35,402 bases of DNA, from contig JAPUIH010000281.1 in assembly GCA_027297205.1 (NCBI GenBank), forward strand, positions 1-35,402, in the 5' to 3' direction. Source of the stretch: SAR324 cluster bacterium (lineage in GTDB: Bacteria; SAR324; JACQKK01). The notes under the pieces are model-generated. The model worked only from the letters and a program-made list of their open reading frames with translations, was not told the DNA's origin and made no database searches. The position numbers were made by a program, and so were the translations under genes. Shown here piece by piece: positions 25,323 to 34,803 of the stretch. Positions within the stretch are counted from its first letter, which is position 1, and the number at the start of each line of letters is the position of its first letter.

Positions 25323-27749
25323 TTAGAGGCTTTCGTCTTCCTGTGGAAGTTTCACGGAACTTTGCCGATCCCCATTGCGCCGCTTGCGGTAGTTGGGTGC
25401 GACGGTGCGGCCGCAGCCGTTGGAGGAGAGAAACCGTGGGGGAATGGAGGATACCTTGAAGAATTCCAGCCGCGAATCTTCCGCCGTATCGCAGGGCCCC
25501 AGCAATTTCCCGGCCGCACTCACGCGATGGGCCACCACCGTGGGCGGCTGCCGAAAGGTTTCCACGGCCATGGAGCGTTCCACGGCCTGCATGAATTCCA
25601 GCCAAATCGGAGCTGCGGCGCGGCTGCCCGTTTCGGAGGGGCCGAGGGATTTGGACGCGTCGTCGAAGCCCACGTAGACCCCCGCCACAAGCTGGGGGAT
25701 ATAGCCCAGATACCACGCATCGGTGTAATTTTGCGTAGTTCCCGTCTTGCCGGCCGCGGGGCGGTTGAATTCGGAGATCGCCCTGTAGCCGGTTCCCAGG
25801 GGGCGGCGCACCACGTCCTGCAGAATATCTCCCACCAGGTAGGCCGTGGCGTCCGAGATCACTTTTTTCAACTTGAACTCGGCCTTTTCCAGCACCTCCC
25901 CTTGCGCGTTTTCGATGCGCAGGATGTAGATTTGCTCGGCTAGGTTGCCCTTGCCGGCAAACACAGAGTAGGCGCGGGTCAACTCGTCCAGTTTCACCGA
26001 ATGTGTTCCCAGGGCGATGATGCTCTCTTCCGGAATGGCGGTGGACAGGCCGAACTTGCGGGCATACTCGATCACCTTGCGCGCGCCCATCTCCTCCACC
26101 AATTGCACGGTGGGGACGTTACGGCTGCGCATCAACGCCTCGCGCAGGGTGGTGTTGCCCAGGTACTTCTTGTCGTAGTTTCTCGGAATGTGCTTCCTGC
26201 CCGACCGCAACGTGAACACACGCGGGCTGTCCTGAAGAATCGAAGCCGGAGTATAACCCTCGTCAATGGCCGCAGCATAGATGATCGGCTTGAAGGAAGA
26301 GCCGGGCTGCCGCTCGGCCTGGGTGGCGCGGATGAATTCACTGGCGCCGTCCCCGCGCCCAAAGCGGGTTCCACCCACCATGGCCAGTACCTCGCCTGTA
26401 TCCGGATCCATGGCGTACAGGGCGCCGTTGGACTGGGGTTCCTGATACAGGTCCAGGGTGAATTCCCCGCTTTCCGGGTCGCGCCAGGTGGGCTTGACCA
26501 GCACCAGTTCCCCCGGGGCAAGAATGCTGGCAAGATCGTTGATGGGCACCGGCACTTGCTCTTCCTTGGCGTTGAGCTTCAACTGCACCCGCCACTGCTC
26601 GCTCAGCAATTCCCAGGGAATGACACCCTCCAAGGTCAGGCCGAGAGCAATCCGCGCTTCCTCCGCGTTCACGTCCACCACCACGCCCTTCACCACCTGC
26701 CCCAGTTCCACGGCGTGCGGGGCGTTGAGATTTTCCAATACTTCATCGGGCACTTGCTTGAACTGATCCAGTTCAAGTTTCTCTGTGGAGCGGCGATAGC
26801 CGCGGCGCATATCGAGATTACGGACACCGTTGTTGAGCGCCCGGTGCGCGGCCAGCTGATAGTTGAGGTCCATGGCCGTGTAAACACTCAGGCCGCCTTC
26901 ATACAGATTCTTGCTGCCGTATTTTTTCAGCAGGATACGCCGCACATATTCCACGTAGTATGCCACCGCCGCGATGGTGGGATCCTTGCGCTCGGCCAGA
27001 ATGATCGGCTCGGAGGCGGCGGCCATCTGCTGTGTGCGCGTAATAAACCCTTCCTCCGCCATGCGCAACAGCACAATGTCCCGTTGTTGCCGCGCCAAGT
27101 GGGGATTGCGGGTCGGCTTGTAACGGTTTGGGGCCGGAAGCAGCCCCACCAGCACCGCACTCTCCGAAAGACTCAGTTCTTCCACCGGCTTGCTGAAGTA
27201 ATATTCCGCAGCCGCGGCCACCCCCCAGGCATCCCCGAAATTGACCTTGTTAAGGTAGAGGGTAAGAATTTCCTCCTTGGTGAATTCCCGCTCAATCTCC
27301 AAGGCGAGCAGAATTTCCTTCAGCTTCCTCGTCCAGGTCTTTTTCAAGCTGAGAAAGAACTGGCGGGCCGTTTGCTGGGTAAGGGTGCTGGCGCCCTGGG
27401 CGGTCTTCATGGCCAACAGGTTTACCCAGGCCGCCTTGAGCATGCGTAAGGGATCAATTCCCCGATGCTCGAAAAACCGTGCGTCTTCCTTGGCGATCAG
27501 CCCGTTGATGAGATGGTGGGGGAGCTGTTTGTATCCCACCAACTTACGGCGCTTAATGAAGATTTCCTGAACTTTCTTGCCGTTGCGGTCATAGATGGTG
27601 GTGGGCAGGGCGAACTCGGGGTGCTCCAGCCGTTCCACCGGAGGCAGCGTGGAATTAAGGTAGACCAGCACCGAAACCACCAGGGCGAATGCCGCCACCG
27701 CTGCTGTAAGTCCTGTAATTCCGATCCAGCGTGTTACATGCCTGGCCAT
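25323..27749 (-). CDS. mrcA: Class A penicillin-binding protein 1A
   Basis: TM; transglycosylase motifs EDARFFEHRG, GASTLTQQ, RKLKE, YLNKVNFG; OB-like insert; transpeptidase motifs SSFK, SRN, KTGT. Confidence 0.95.
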   Translation of the reverse strand: MARHVTRWIGITGLTAAVAAFALVVSVLVYLNSTLPPVERLEHPEFALPTTIYDRNGKKVQEIFIKRRKLVGYKQLPHHLINGLIAKEDARFFEHRGIDPLRMLKAAWVNLLAMKTAQGASTLTQQTARQFFLSLKKTWTRKLKEILLALEIEREFTKEEILTLYLNKVNFGDAWGVAAAAEYYFSKPVEELSLSESAVLVGLLPAPNRYKPTRNPHLARQQRDIVLLRMAEEGFITRTQQMAAASEPIILAERKDPTIAAVAYYVEYVRRILLKKYGSKNLYEGGLSVYTAMDLNYQLAAHRALNNGVRNLDMRRGYRRSTEKLELDQFKQVPDEVLENLNAPHAVELGQVVKGVVVDVNAEEARIALGLTLEGVIPWELLSEQWRVQLKLNAKEEQVPVPINDLASILAPGELVLVKPTWRDPESGEFTLDLYQEPQSNGALYAMDPDTGEVLAMVGGTRFGRGDGASEFIRATQAERQPGSSFKPIIYAAAIDEGYTPASILQDSPRVFTLRSGRKHIPRNYDKKYLGNTTLREALMRSRNVPTVQLVEEMGARKVIEYARKFGLSTAIPEESIIALGTHSVKLDELTRAYSVFAGKGNLAEQIYILRIENAQGEVLEKAEFKLKKVISDATAYLVGDILQDVVRRPLGTGYRAISEFNRPAAGKTGTTQNYTDAWYLGYIPQLVAGVYVGFDDASKSLGPSETGSRAAAPIWLEFMQAVERSMAVETFRQPPTVVAHRVSAAGKLLGPCDTAEDSRLEFFKVSSIPPRFLSSNGCGRTVAPNYRKRRNGDRQSSVKLPQEDESL

Positions 27750-27767
27750 CTGGTTCCGGCCCTCTCC

Positions 27768-28316
27768 TTAGTGCTCCGCAGCCATCTTGGCTTCAAGACG
27801 CGCCTGGCGCTCGGCTGGCTTTTGCTCGGTCAGATACGTGTAGCGGGCTGAAAGAAAAGCATGCATCGCCTCGCCGGATTCTTCCACCTGCACTGCGGCC
27901 AGATAAGCCTCTATGTCCACAGGCAGCTGGACGCTTTCCACTTTCTTCAATTGCGCCACCAGATCGTCCGCGGCCTCTTGCGTGAATCCCAGGACCTCGT
28001 TGTGTACGCCCGCGAAATTGCGCAGTGCCCCATTAAAAACTTCATTGCTGGTATAGGAAAAGGGAAGGCTCGCGCAGCGGCACCGCTCGTCGTGAGGCAA
28101 TTCCGGCCCTTCCTTGCGCCGAAAGCCCTTGCCATACTGAACTCCGTGATCAAACAGGCATGCGCTGGACATCTCCGGCGCCAGGGAAGCCACCACCTGA
28201 AAGCCTTCGATGCGCCGCGCATACACCGGAATCTGGGGCAGCCGGCGCCGCCTCTTTATTCGCAGCACGACTACAAAAGCGACCGCCACCAGCAGCACGG
28301 CCCAAATGGGGTTCAT
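27768..28316 (-). CDS. Hypothetical N-terminally membrane-anchored protein with a C...PH-x3-CRC motif
   Basis: TM followed by KRRRR; GAGGGG RBS; ends 18 nt before the mrcA start on the same strand; motif SACLFDHG...PELPHDERCRC. Confidence 0.75.
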   Translation of the reverse strand: MNPIWAVLLVAVAFVVVLRIKRRRRLPQIPVYARRIEGFQVVASLAPEMSSACLFDHGVQYGKGFRRKEGPELPHDERCRCASLPFSYTSNEVFNGALRNFAGVHNEVLGFTQEAADDLVAQLKKVESVQLPVDIEAYLAAVQVEESGEAMHAFLSARYTYLTEQKPAERQARLEAKMAAEH

Positions 28317-28572
28317 GGCCCCCTCTCAATATGCAAGGTGCTTCCACCTGCCCGCGCAGGCTCCATTTCCTTGGTCAAATCCGGCCTTTCCCGCAGTGCC
28401 ACCACTGCCCGGCGGCGCATTTTTCATCCCAGAAATCTGGTTAATAGTAATGGAATTGCCAACGCCTGACAACATGGCCTCCCCTGCGGCATCGTAAAAT
28501 GCGGCGGCCTCTGTAAGCACCTAAAATGCAGGGCTGATTATGCTGTTCCGCGGAACCAATCGGATTCGATTC

Positions 28573-28603
28573 TTGACAATACGCCAGTGAAAGCGTAGTT
28601 AAT
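28573..28603 (+). promoter_or_regulatory. Putative sigma-70 promoter of the rpmH operon
   Basis: Perfect TTGACA at 28573, followed 17 nt later by AT-rich TAGTTAAT (imperfect -10). Confidence 0.5.
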
Positions 28604-28647
28604 TTTAGTTTAGGCAAAGAAATCACTCGAGACTGGAAACCGAAACG

Positions 28648-28782
28648 ATGAAGCGCACCTTTCAGCCGAACAATCGGAAGCGGAAGAAAACCCACGGATT
28701 TCGCAAGCGAATGTCCACCGCGGCGGGGCGCAGAATCATCAAGCGCAGGCGCCAAAAGGGCCGTGCGCGGCTGTCCGCATAA
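28648..28782 (+). CDS. rpmH: 50S ribosomal protein L34
   Basis: [44 protein letters not shown] (44 aa); too short for the ORF track. Confidence 0.98.
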   Translation: MKRTFQPNNRKRKKTHGFRKRMSTAAGRRIIKRRRQKGRARLSA

Positions 28783-28800
28783 CGACCCCGTGGCTGGACT

Positions 28801-29142
28801 ATGGATGGACTTCCAAAGGGGGTCCGCCTCCGCTCCATAAAGGATATCCATCAGGTATTCCGCAAGGGCCGTTACCATGCTCTGGGGATTCTCCACGCAA
28901 AGACGCTTTCCACCGGGCAGGAGCAAACGCGATTCCTGATTTCCGTGAAGAAGGCCATCGGCAGTGCACCCCGGCGCAACCGGATCAAGCGGCTGGTGCG
29001 GGAGGCCATCAGGAAACACCGCAAGGACTTTGCCGCTCCGTACGACATTTGTTTCTTTCTGACCGCGAAACCGCCCAGTCCGTTGCCATACAGCGTCATC
29101 GAAGCCGAGATACAAAAACTGATAAAACGGCTTTCTCAATAA
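28801..29142 (+). CDS. rnpA: Ribonuclease P protein component
   Basis: LPKGVRLRS...[25 protein letters not shown] (RNR motif); follows rpmH. Confidence 0.93.
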   Translation: MDGLPKGVRLRSIKDIHQVFRKGRYHALGILHAKTLSTGQEQTRFLISVKKAIGSAPRRNRIKRLVREAIRKHRKDFAAPYDICFFLTAKPPSPLPYSVIEAEIQKLIKRLSQ

Positions 29143-29165
29143 TAATCAGGGCCACAAGATATTCA

Positions 29166-29420
29166 ATGGCAAAAGTACTGATTCTCTCAATCCGGGCCTA
29201 TCAATATCTGATTTCTCCGTTGATTCCTCCATCGTGCCGGTTTTACCCCAGTTGCTCGCACTACGCCGCCCAGGCCATTCGCGATCGTGGTTTGCTGACC
29301 GGCCTATGGTTGACTTTGTTGCGGCTGTTGAAATGCCATCCCTTGCATCCCGGGGGCTTCGATCCCCTGCCTCGTAAGACCCGGGCGCTTGCGCGCCGCC
29401 ACCCAGACGTTACCGCCTAG
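29166..29420 (+). CDS. yidD: Membrane protein insertion efficiency factor YidD
   Basis: [10 protein letters not shown]...[11 protein letters not shown]...[15 protein letters not shown]; start set to ATG 29166. Confidence 0.95.
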   Translation: MAKVLILSIRAYQYLISPLIPPSCRFYPSCSHYAAQAIRDRGLLTGLWLTLLRLLKCHPLHPGGFDPLPRKTRALARRHPDVTA

Positions 29421-29429
29421 GGAATCGAT

Positions 29430-31175
29430 ATGGACCAGCGCATGTTTCTGGCCGCCATGCTTTCCATCGCGGTTATATTCGGCTATTACCTGATCTTTCC
29501 GCCCTCTCCCCCCAGGCCGCCGAAACCCCAGCCTCCCGCCTCGCAAAGCGGTGTGGCCATTCAGGACGACCCCGGCGGTCGGCAATCCGCGGGCACGATG
29601 GGCGGAACACCCGCCGCCACCCAGCCCGCCGCGCCGCCGCGGGCAGCCCCGGTCAAGGTGCGTCAGATCAAGGTAGACACGCCTCGCTATACTGCATTGT
29701 TCGACACACGTGGCGCCCGCTTGATCAGCCTCAAGCTGAAGCAATACAAGATGGGCAAAGACTACATCAACTGGGGAGATATCGTGCCTCCCCTCGGCAA
29801 GTACCTGAAAAAACCCCAATTCGACCCCACGGCGACCATGGAAATGGTCAAGGACAAATTGAGCAGGGTCGACCCCCTGGACGTGGTATTCGTGGAGAAT
29901 CAGGCGCTCACGGGGGAGTTCCGCAGAGTCGGGTTTTCCACGGACGTGGAAGAGGTGAAGATATTCAGCGAGGCCGCGCAACCGGGGCGGATTGTCTTTA
30001 CCGGCAGTGCGAAAAACGGGTTGACCCTGCGCAAAATCCTCACGTTTCAGCCTGACTCCTACACCATCAATTATGAAATCCAGGTAATCAACTACGGCAA
30101 GGACACCCCGTTGCTGAGGGTCATGAACCTGTTCGGAGAAGGGCCGGACCCGGGCAGCGACGGAGACAACGTGCGCAGTTACTACGGCCCCATCTTCCGC
30201 GAGGACGGTTCGGTGGACACGGAGAGCGCGGACGGCATTGAGGAAAAGCTGATCGTCCGCGACCCTCAATGGCTGGGTATTACAGCCAATTATTTTCTCA
30301 CCGCCGCCGCCCCGGAATCACGCATCGACCATGGGATGTTTCGCGTGGCGAAGCCCTCGGGCGCCAGGGAAGACGACGAGCCCATCGCCTACTACGGATT
30401 CGAATTACCAGTGGTGAGGCTGAGTCCCGGCAACATGATCTCAGGCGGCGCGCGCCTGTACTTTGGCCCAAAGCAGGTTGACGAACTGACCCGCTTCGGC
30501 AACGGACTGGAAGAATCGATTCAACAGACCTTCGACTGGCTGGGGCCCCTGGCCGATATTCTGCTGGCGATCCTGCACTGGTTTAATGGATACACGGGCA
30601 ACTACGGCCTGGCCATCATCTTGCTCACCGTGGTTGTGAGGGTCGGACTGTTTCCCCTCACTTACAGGGGGATGGTCTCCATGAAGCGCATGTCCAAGCT
30701 GCAACCCAGGGTTAAGGTGCTCCGGGAGAAGTACAAGGACAACAAGGAGCGCATGAACAAGGAAATGATGGACATGTACAAGCGCCACAAGGTGAATCCC
30801 CTCGGGGGCTGCCTGCCGATTTTGGTGCAATTGCCCATCTTTTTTGCACTTTACAGTGCCCTGCTCAGTGCCATTGAGCTGCGGCACGCATCGTTTTTCG
30901 GCTGGATTACGGACCTTTCCGCAATGGACCCGCTATACATTACCCCATTGCTGATGGGCGCCACCATGTTCCTGCAGCAGCGGCTGACCCCGACCACCAT
31001 GGACCCCACCCAGCAACGGATCCTGATGTGGATGCCGGTCATTTTCATGGTTTTCATGTTCAGCTTCCCTGCCGGGCTGGTTCTTTATTGGCTGACGAGC
31101 AACACATTGTCCATATTGCAGCAGCTCATAATCAACCGGGTACATATACCCGAGCCGGTTGAGAAGGAGGGCTGA
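29430..31175 (+). CDS. yidC: Membrane protein insertase YidC
   Basis: N-terminal TM, periplasmic domain ending LYFGPK, GNYGLAIILLT, NPLGGCLPILVQLPIF, ELRHA, LYWLTSN. Confidence 0.97.
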   Translation: MDQRMFLAAMLSIAVIFGYYLIFPPSPPRPPKPQPPASQSGVAIQDDPGGRQSAGTMGGTPAATQPAAPPRAAPVKVRQIKVDTPRYTALFDTRGARLISLKLKQYKMGKDYINWGDIVPPLGKYLKKPQFDPTATMEMVKDKLSRVDPLDVVFVENQALTGEFRRVGFSTDVEEVKIFSEAAQPGRIVFTGSAKNGLTLRKILTFQPDSYTINYEIQVINYGKDTPLLRVMNLFGEGPDPGSDGDNVRSYYGPIFREDGSVDTESADGIEEKLIVRDPQWLGITANYFLTAAAPESRIDHGMFRVAKPSGAREDDEPIAYYGFELPVVRLSPGNMISGGARLYFGPKQVDELTRFGNGLEESIQQTFDWLGPLADILLAILHWFNGYTGNYGLAIILLTVVVRVGLFPLTYRGMVSMKRMSKLQPRVKVLREKYKDNKERMNKEMMDMYKRHKVNPLGGCLPILVQLPIFFALYSALLSAIELRHASFFGWITDLSAMDPLYITPLLMGATMFLQQRLTPTTMDPTQQRILMWMPVIFMVFMFSFPAGLVLYWLTSNTLSILQQLIINRVHIPEPVEKEG

Positions 31176-31188
31176 TGCGCCGCGGCGA

Positions 31189-31449
31189 CTAGTCTTCGTC
31201 GCCGGACCCTTCGCCGACGAATATCTTGATGCCGTCTTCGAGGATCCCTCTCAAATGCGGATTGTTTTTGCGTTTGGCTTCCATGCACTGCTGGCAGCTA
31301 CACGTGGTAAAATGGGTCTTTTGGAATTTCTTGAATTTTAATTTGGTTAGATCTTTGCCCTCGTCCTGCATATCCTGCAGCAATTTTTCGATCGGTTTTA
31401 GGGCCATCTCCAGGACGGCTTTTTTGCGGGGATCTCTTCGAAACAACAT
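31189..31449 (-). CDS. Small hypothetical protein (86 aa) with an H-x3-C-x-C-x2-C motif
   Basis: GGAG RBS before ATG 31449 (MLFRRDPRKK...); contains THFTTCSCQQC. The longer ORF-track version overlaps folD antisense and is unlikely. Confidence 0.6.
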   Translation of the reverse strand: MLFRRDPRKKAVLEMALKPIEKLLQDMQDEGKDLTKLKFKKFQKTHFTTCSCQQCMEAKRKNNPHLRGILEDGIKIFVGEGSGDED

Positions 31450-31597
31450 CAGGGTCTCCACTTGCATCGCCCACTGGGTAGGCGCTTGAGGCGGCCAACG
31501 CAATCCGTCAGCCAGGTCCGCGGGGCCGGTACACCCATCCAAGCGGGATGGGCCGGTCAAGAATAGCAAACAACAGAAACGGCAGCCAAGCAGGGAA

Positions 31598-32494
31598 ATG
31601 AAAATTCTGTCCGGGAAGGAACTCTCCGAACTGATCCAGGCCGAACTGGCCGGGGAGGCCGCCGCGCTGAAGAAGCTGGGCTGCACTCCCACGCTGGCGG
31701 TGATCCGGGTGGGAGAAGATGAGGCCACGGGTATCTATGTACGCAACAAGGTGCGCGCCGCCGCAAAAGTGGGCCTGCACAGCGAAGATATTCACTTGCC
31801 CGCGTCCACCTCCCAGTCCGAACTGGAAGCGAAGGTGGAATGCCTTAACAGTGATCCGGCGGTGCACGGATTAATCTGCCAGCTGCCCCTGCCGGGCCAC
31901 CTGAACGAGAAGCGGCTGCCGGAACGGATCGACCCCCTGAAGGATGTGGACTGCTTCCATCCGCTCAATTTTGGCCTGATGGCCATGGGCACCCCGCGCT
32001 TTCTGCCCTGCACCCCTGCGGGCATTATTGAGATTCTGTTGCGCTACGAGGTTCCCGTGGCTGGACAACATGTGGTGGTGCTGGGCCGCAGCAATATCGT
32101 AGGGCGGCCCGTGGCCATGATGCTGGGCCATAAGGGCATCGACGCCACGGTCAGTCTGTGCCACTCGCGCAGCAAGGACGCGGCCCAATTGATGCGCCAG
32201 GCGGACATTCTCGTCGCCGCCATCGGCCAGCCGGAATGGGTCAAGGCGGATATGTTGAAGGAAGGGGCGGTGGTGATCGACGTGGGCGTGCATCAAGTTC
32301 CCGACCCCTCGCGCAAAAGGGGCTACCGGATCTGTGGAGACGTGGACCAGGCCGACGCCGCCAGCCGCGCCGCCGCCATGACCCCTGTTCCCGGAGGCGT
32401 GGGGCCCGTGACCATCACCATGCTGCTAAAAAATACCATCGCCGCCGCGCGCATGCAGATGGGCGGGCCTCAGGGCGGAGACACGCCCGCATAG
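31598..32494 (+). CDS. folD: Bifunctional methylenetetrahydrofolate dehydrogenase/cyclohydrolase
   Basis: YVRNK, HGLICQLPLP, KDVDCFHP, PCTPAG, GRSNIVGRP, VIDVG, TPVPGGVGPVT. Confidence 0.97.
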   Translation: MKILSGKELSELIQAELAGEAAALKKLGCTPTLAVIRVGEDEATGIYVRNKVRAAAKVGLHSEDIHLPASTSQSELEAKVECLNSDPAVHGLICQLPLPGHLNEKRLPERIDPLKDVDCFHPLNFGLMAMGTPRFLPCTPAGIIEILLRYEVPVAGQHVVVLGRSNIVGRPVAMMLGHKGIDATVSLCHSRSKDAAQLMRQADILVAAIGQPEWVKADMLKEGAVVIDVGVHQVPDPSRKRGYRICGDVDQADAASRAAAMTPVPGGVGPVTITMLLKNTIAAARMQMGGPQGGDTPA

Positions 32495-32726
32495 AGGAAT
32501 GCCACCGCACTACGCCTCGGCAGGATTGCAAGCCGCGCTCCGCCTTCCCCACTCCCGCGCCGCCGCGCAAAAAACCGATCCAGGGCACTCGGCGACTTAA
32601 GGCTGTCAAATTTCCTTCCACGGCCCTAAAATATAGGGCATTTTCTGCTGCTTCGATGTGTGTGGGCAATTCTGGTGCAGGTGATACTCTGCGGGGAGTG
32701 CCTGCACCGGCCCCGGAGACAAGCCT

Positions 32727-33323
32727 ATGAAAGCGTTCGTCGTTGTGGACGTACAGTATGATTTCTGCCCCGGCGGCTCCTTGGCTGTGACGGATGGAGA
32801 TCAGGTGGTGCCTTTCATTAACGCAATCCGCACAAACTATCCCTTGGTGGTTTTTACGCAGGACTGGCATCCCGCGGGTCATGCCAGTTTCGCCTCCAGC
32901 AATCCCGGCACAAAGGCCGGGGATATCATCAAGGTGGGCGGGCAGGATCAAATCATGTGGCCCGACCACTGCGTACAGCACAGCCACGGAGCCGAATTTC
33001 ACAAGGAATTGGACAGGCGGCCGGACGATCCCGTGGTGCGCAAGGGCGAGCTGTCCCAAATCGACAGCTACAGCGGTTTCTTTGACAATGATCACCAGAA
33101 CGAAACCGGACTGCGGGAGCTCCTCCAGAAGTACGGGGTCGACGATATTGACGTGGTGGGTCTGGCCACGGATTACTGCGTTAAATTTACCGTGCTGGAC
33201 GGGCTGAAATCCGGATTCAAGGTCACTGTGCTTAGGGGAGGCTGCCGGGCGGTGAATCTTCAGCCCGGCGATGGTGAGCAGGCCTTGGCGGAGATGGCCG
33301 CGGCCGGAGCGGCGGTGCGCTAA
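32727..33323 (+). CDS. pncA: Nicotinamidase/pyrazinamidase
   Basis: VVDVQYDFCPGGSL, TQDWHP, WPDHCVQ, RKG...DSYSGF, GLATDYCV. Confidence 0.95.
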   Translation: MKAFVVVDVQYDFCPGGSLAVTDGDQVVPFINAIRTNYPLVVFTQDWHPAGHASFASSNPGTKAGDIIKVGGQDQIMWPDHCVQHSHGAEFHKELDRRPDDPVVRKGELSQIDSYSGFFDNDHQNETGLRELLQKYGVDDIDVVGLATDYCVKFTVLDGLKSGFKVTVLRGGCRAVNLQPGDGEQALAEMAAAGAAVR

Positions 33324-33384
33324 GGAGGCCCGTGGCCGGCTGTGTGCAGGCAGCCGACCCTCGGGCGGATCCATTTGAGAGAGC

Positions 33385-34581
33385 TTAACCTCGCTCGAAG
33401 ATAGCGGCCAGCCCCTGTCCGCCTCCGATGCACATGGTTTCCAGGCCGTAGCGCCCGTCGCGCCGCTCCAGCTCATTAAGCAGGGTGGCCAGGATGCGCA
33501 CGCCCGTGGCGGCAATGGGATGGCCCAAGGAAATTCCAGATCCGTTCACGTTCAACTTGTCCGGGTCGTTCCAGTCCCACTCCTTCAGTACCGCCAGCAC
33601 TTGCGCGGCAAAGGCCTCGTTCAATTCCACCAAATCCATATCCTTGAAGCTGAGCCCGGTGCGCTCGAACACCCGCTTCACCGCCGGCACGGGCCCCACC
33701 CCCATGGTAGCCGGATGACAGCCCGCATTGGCGAAGCCGGTCATGAATGCCATTGCCTTCAGGCCGAGTTCCTCCAGCTTATCCTCCGCCACCACCAAGC
33801 ACGCGGCCGCGGCGTCGTTTTGCTGGCTGGCGTTTCCTGCGGTGACCGTGCCGTCTTTTTCCACCGGACGCAGCTTGGTTAATTGCTCCATGCCCATGTC
33901 GGGCCGTATCCCCTCGTCGGAGCAAAATTGCACGGGATCGCCCCGGCGCTGAGGGACGCTCACCGGCACCACCTCTTCGCCAAATTTGCCCGCCTCCCAG
34001 GCCGCTTGGGCGCGCTGGTGGCTGCGCAGGGCGTATTCGTCCTGGGCCTCCCGGGAAATGTTGTGCTTCTTGGCCAGGTTTTCCGCGGTCTCGATCATGC
34101 CGGAAATATGCCCGAAGCGCTCTTCAGGCGAGGCCTTCTCGCGCGCCCTGACCAGCCGATCATGGAGGGTCACGGAGCCCATCCGGGCCCCCCAGCGCGC
34201 ATCGTTGGTATAGAATTCGGTATTGCTCATGCTTTCCGCGCCGCCGGCGATTACCACATCCGCATTGCCGGTCTGCACCATCATCGCGGCATTGATCACT
34301 GCCTGCAGGCCGGAACCGCAGCGCCGGTCCAGCTGGTAGCCAGGCACCTCCTGGGGCAAGCCGGCTTTCATGGCGGCGTAGCGGCCAATCGCCGGGCTCT
34401 CCCCGCTGGGATAGCCATGGCCGAATATAACATCGTCGATTCTTGAGGAGTCGAGGCCTGTTTTTTCCACCACGGCACTAATCACCACCGCGGCCAGATC
34501 ATCGACCGTAAGCGGTTGCAGGCTGCCGCCGAATTTTCCAACGCCCGTACGCAGGGGGCTTACGATGGCTGCTCGTCTCAT
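33385..34581 (-). CDS. Acetyl-CoA C-acyltransferase (thiolase)
   Basis: RRCGSGL (catalytic Cys), ELNEAFA, GHPIAATG, MCIGGGQG. Confidence 0.95.
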   Translation of the reverse strand: MRRAAIVSPLRTGVGKFGGSLQPLTVDDLAAVVISAVVEKTGLDSSRIDDVIFGHGYPSGESPAIGRYAAMKAGLPQEVPGYQLDRRCGSGLQAVINAAMMVQTGNADVVIAGGAESMSNTEFYTNDARWGARMGSVTLHDRLVRAREKASPEERFGHISGMIETAENLAKKHNISREAQDEYALRSHQRAQAAWEAGKFGEEVVPVSVPQRRGDPVQFCSDEGIRPDMGMEQLTKLRPVEKDGTVTAGNASQQNDAAAACLVVAEDKLEELGLKAMAFMTGFANAGCHPATMGVGPVPAVKRVFERTGLSFKDMDLVELNEAFAAQVLAVLKEWDWNDPDKLNVNGSGISLGHPIAATGVRILATLLNELERRDGRYGLETMCIGGGQGLAAIFERG

Positions 34582-34803
34582 GACATTCTCTCCAATAATC
34601 GGGTTTGCGGGGGATCACTCCAAATTGCCTGGGGAATGCCCTCATATACCGCCACGCGGCCCATCTGGCAATCGGAGATTGCCCGCGCTATGCGGGAAAC
34701 CGCCACGGCCCACCACGCAAGGCGGCACACAAGTCATCGCGCCCCGCCGATTGCGTCCAACGGCGCAATGCGCTGGATACGCCGGCATCGCATTTGCGGT
34801 GAA

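Noticed and set aside
26001-27449. 482-aa ORF on the + strand, and similar long antisense ORFs (1482-2603, 16239-17423, 21610-22665, 22425-23507, 29304-30269, 32415-33515)
   Set aside because: All lie opposite well-supported genes and lack protein-family features.
28332-28346. Sigma-54-like TGGAAGCACCTTGCA upstream of the MuF-like gene
   Set aside because: GG-to-GC spacing is 9 nt rather than the required 10.
28317-28647. Possible oriC upstream of rpmH
   Set aside because: No consensus DnaA boxes seen and no adjacent dnaA.
34582-34803. Possible riboswitch or ncRNA upstream of the thiolase
   Set aside because: Only short GC-rich stems expected by chance; no recognisable motif.
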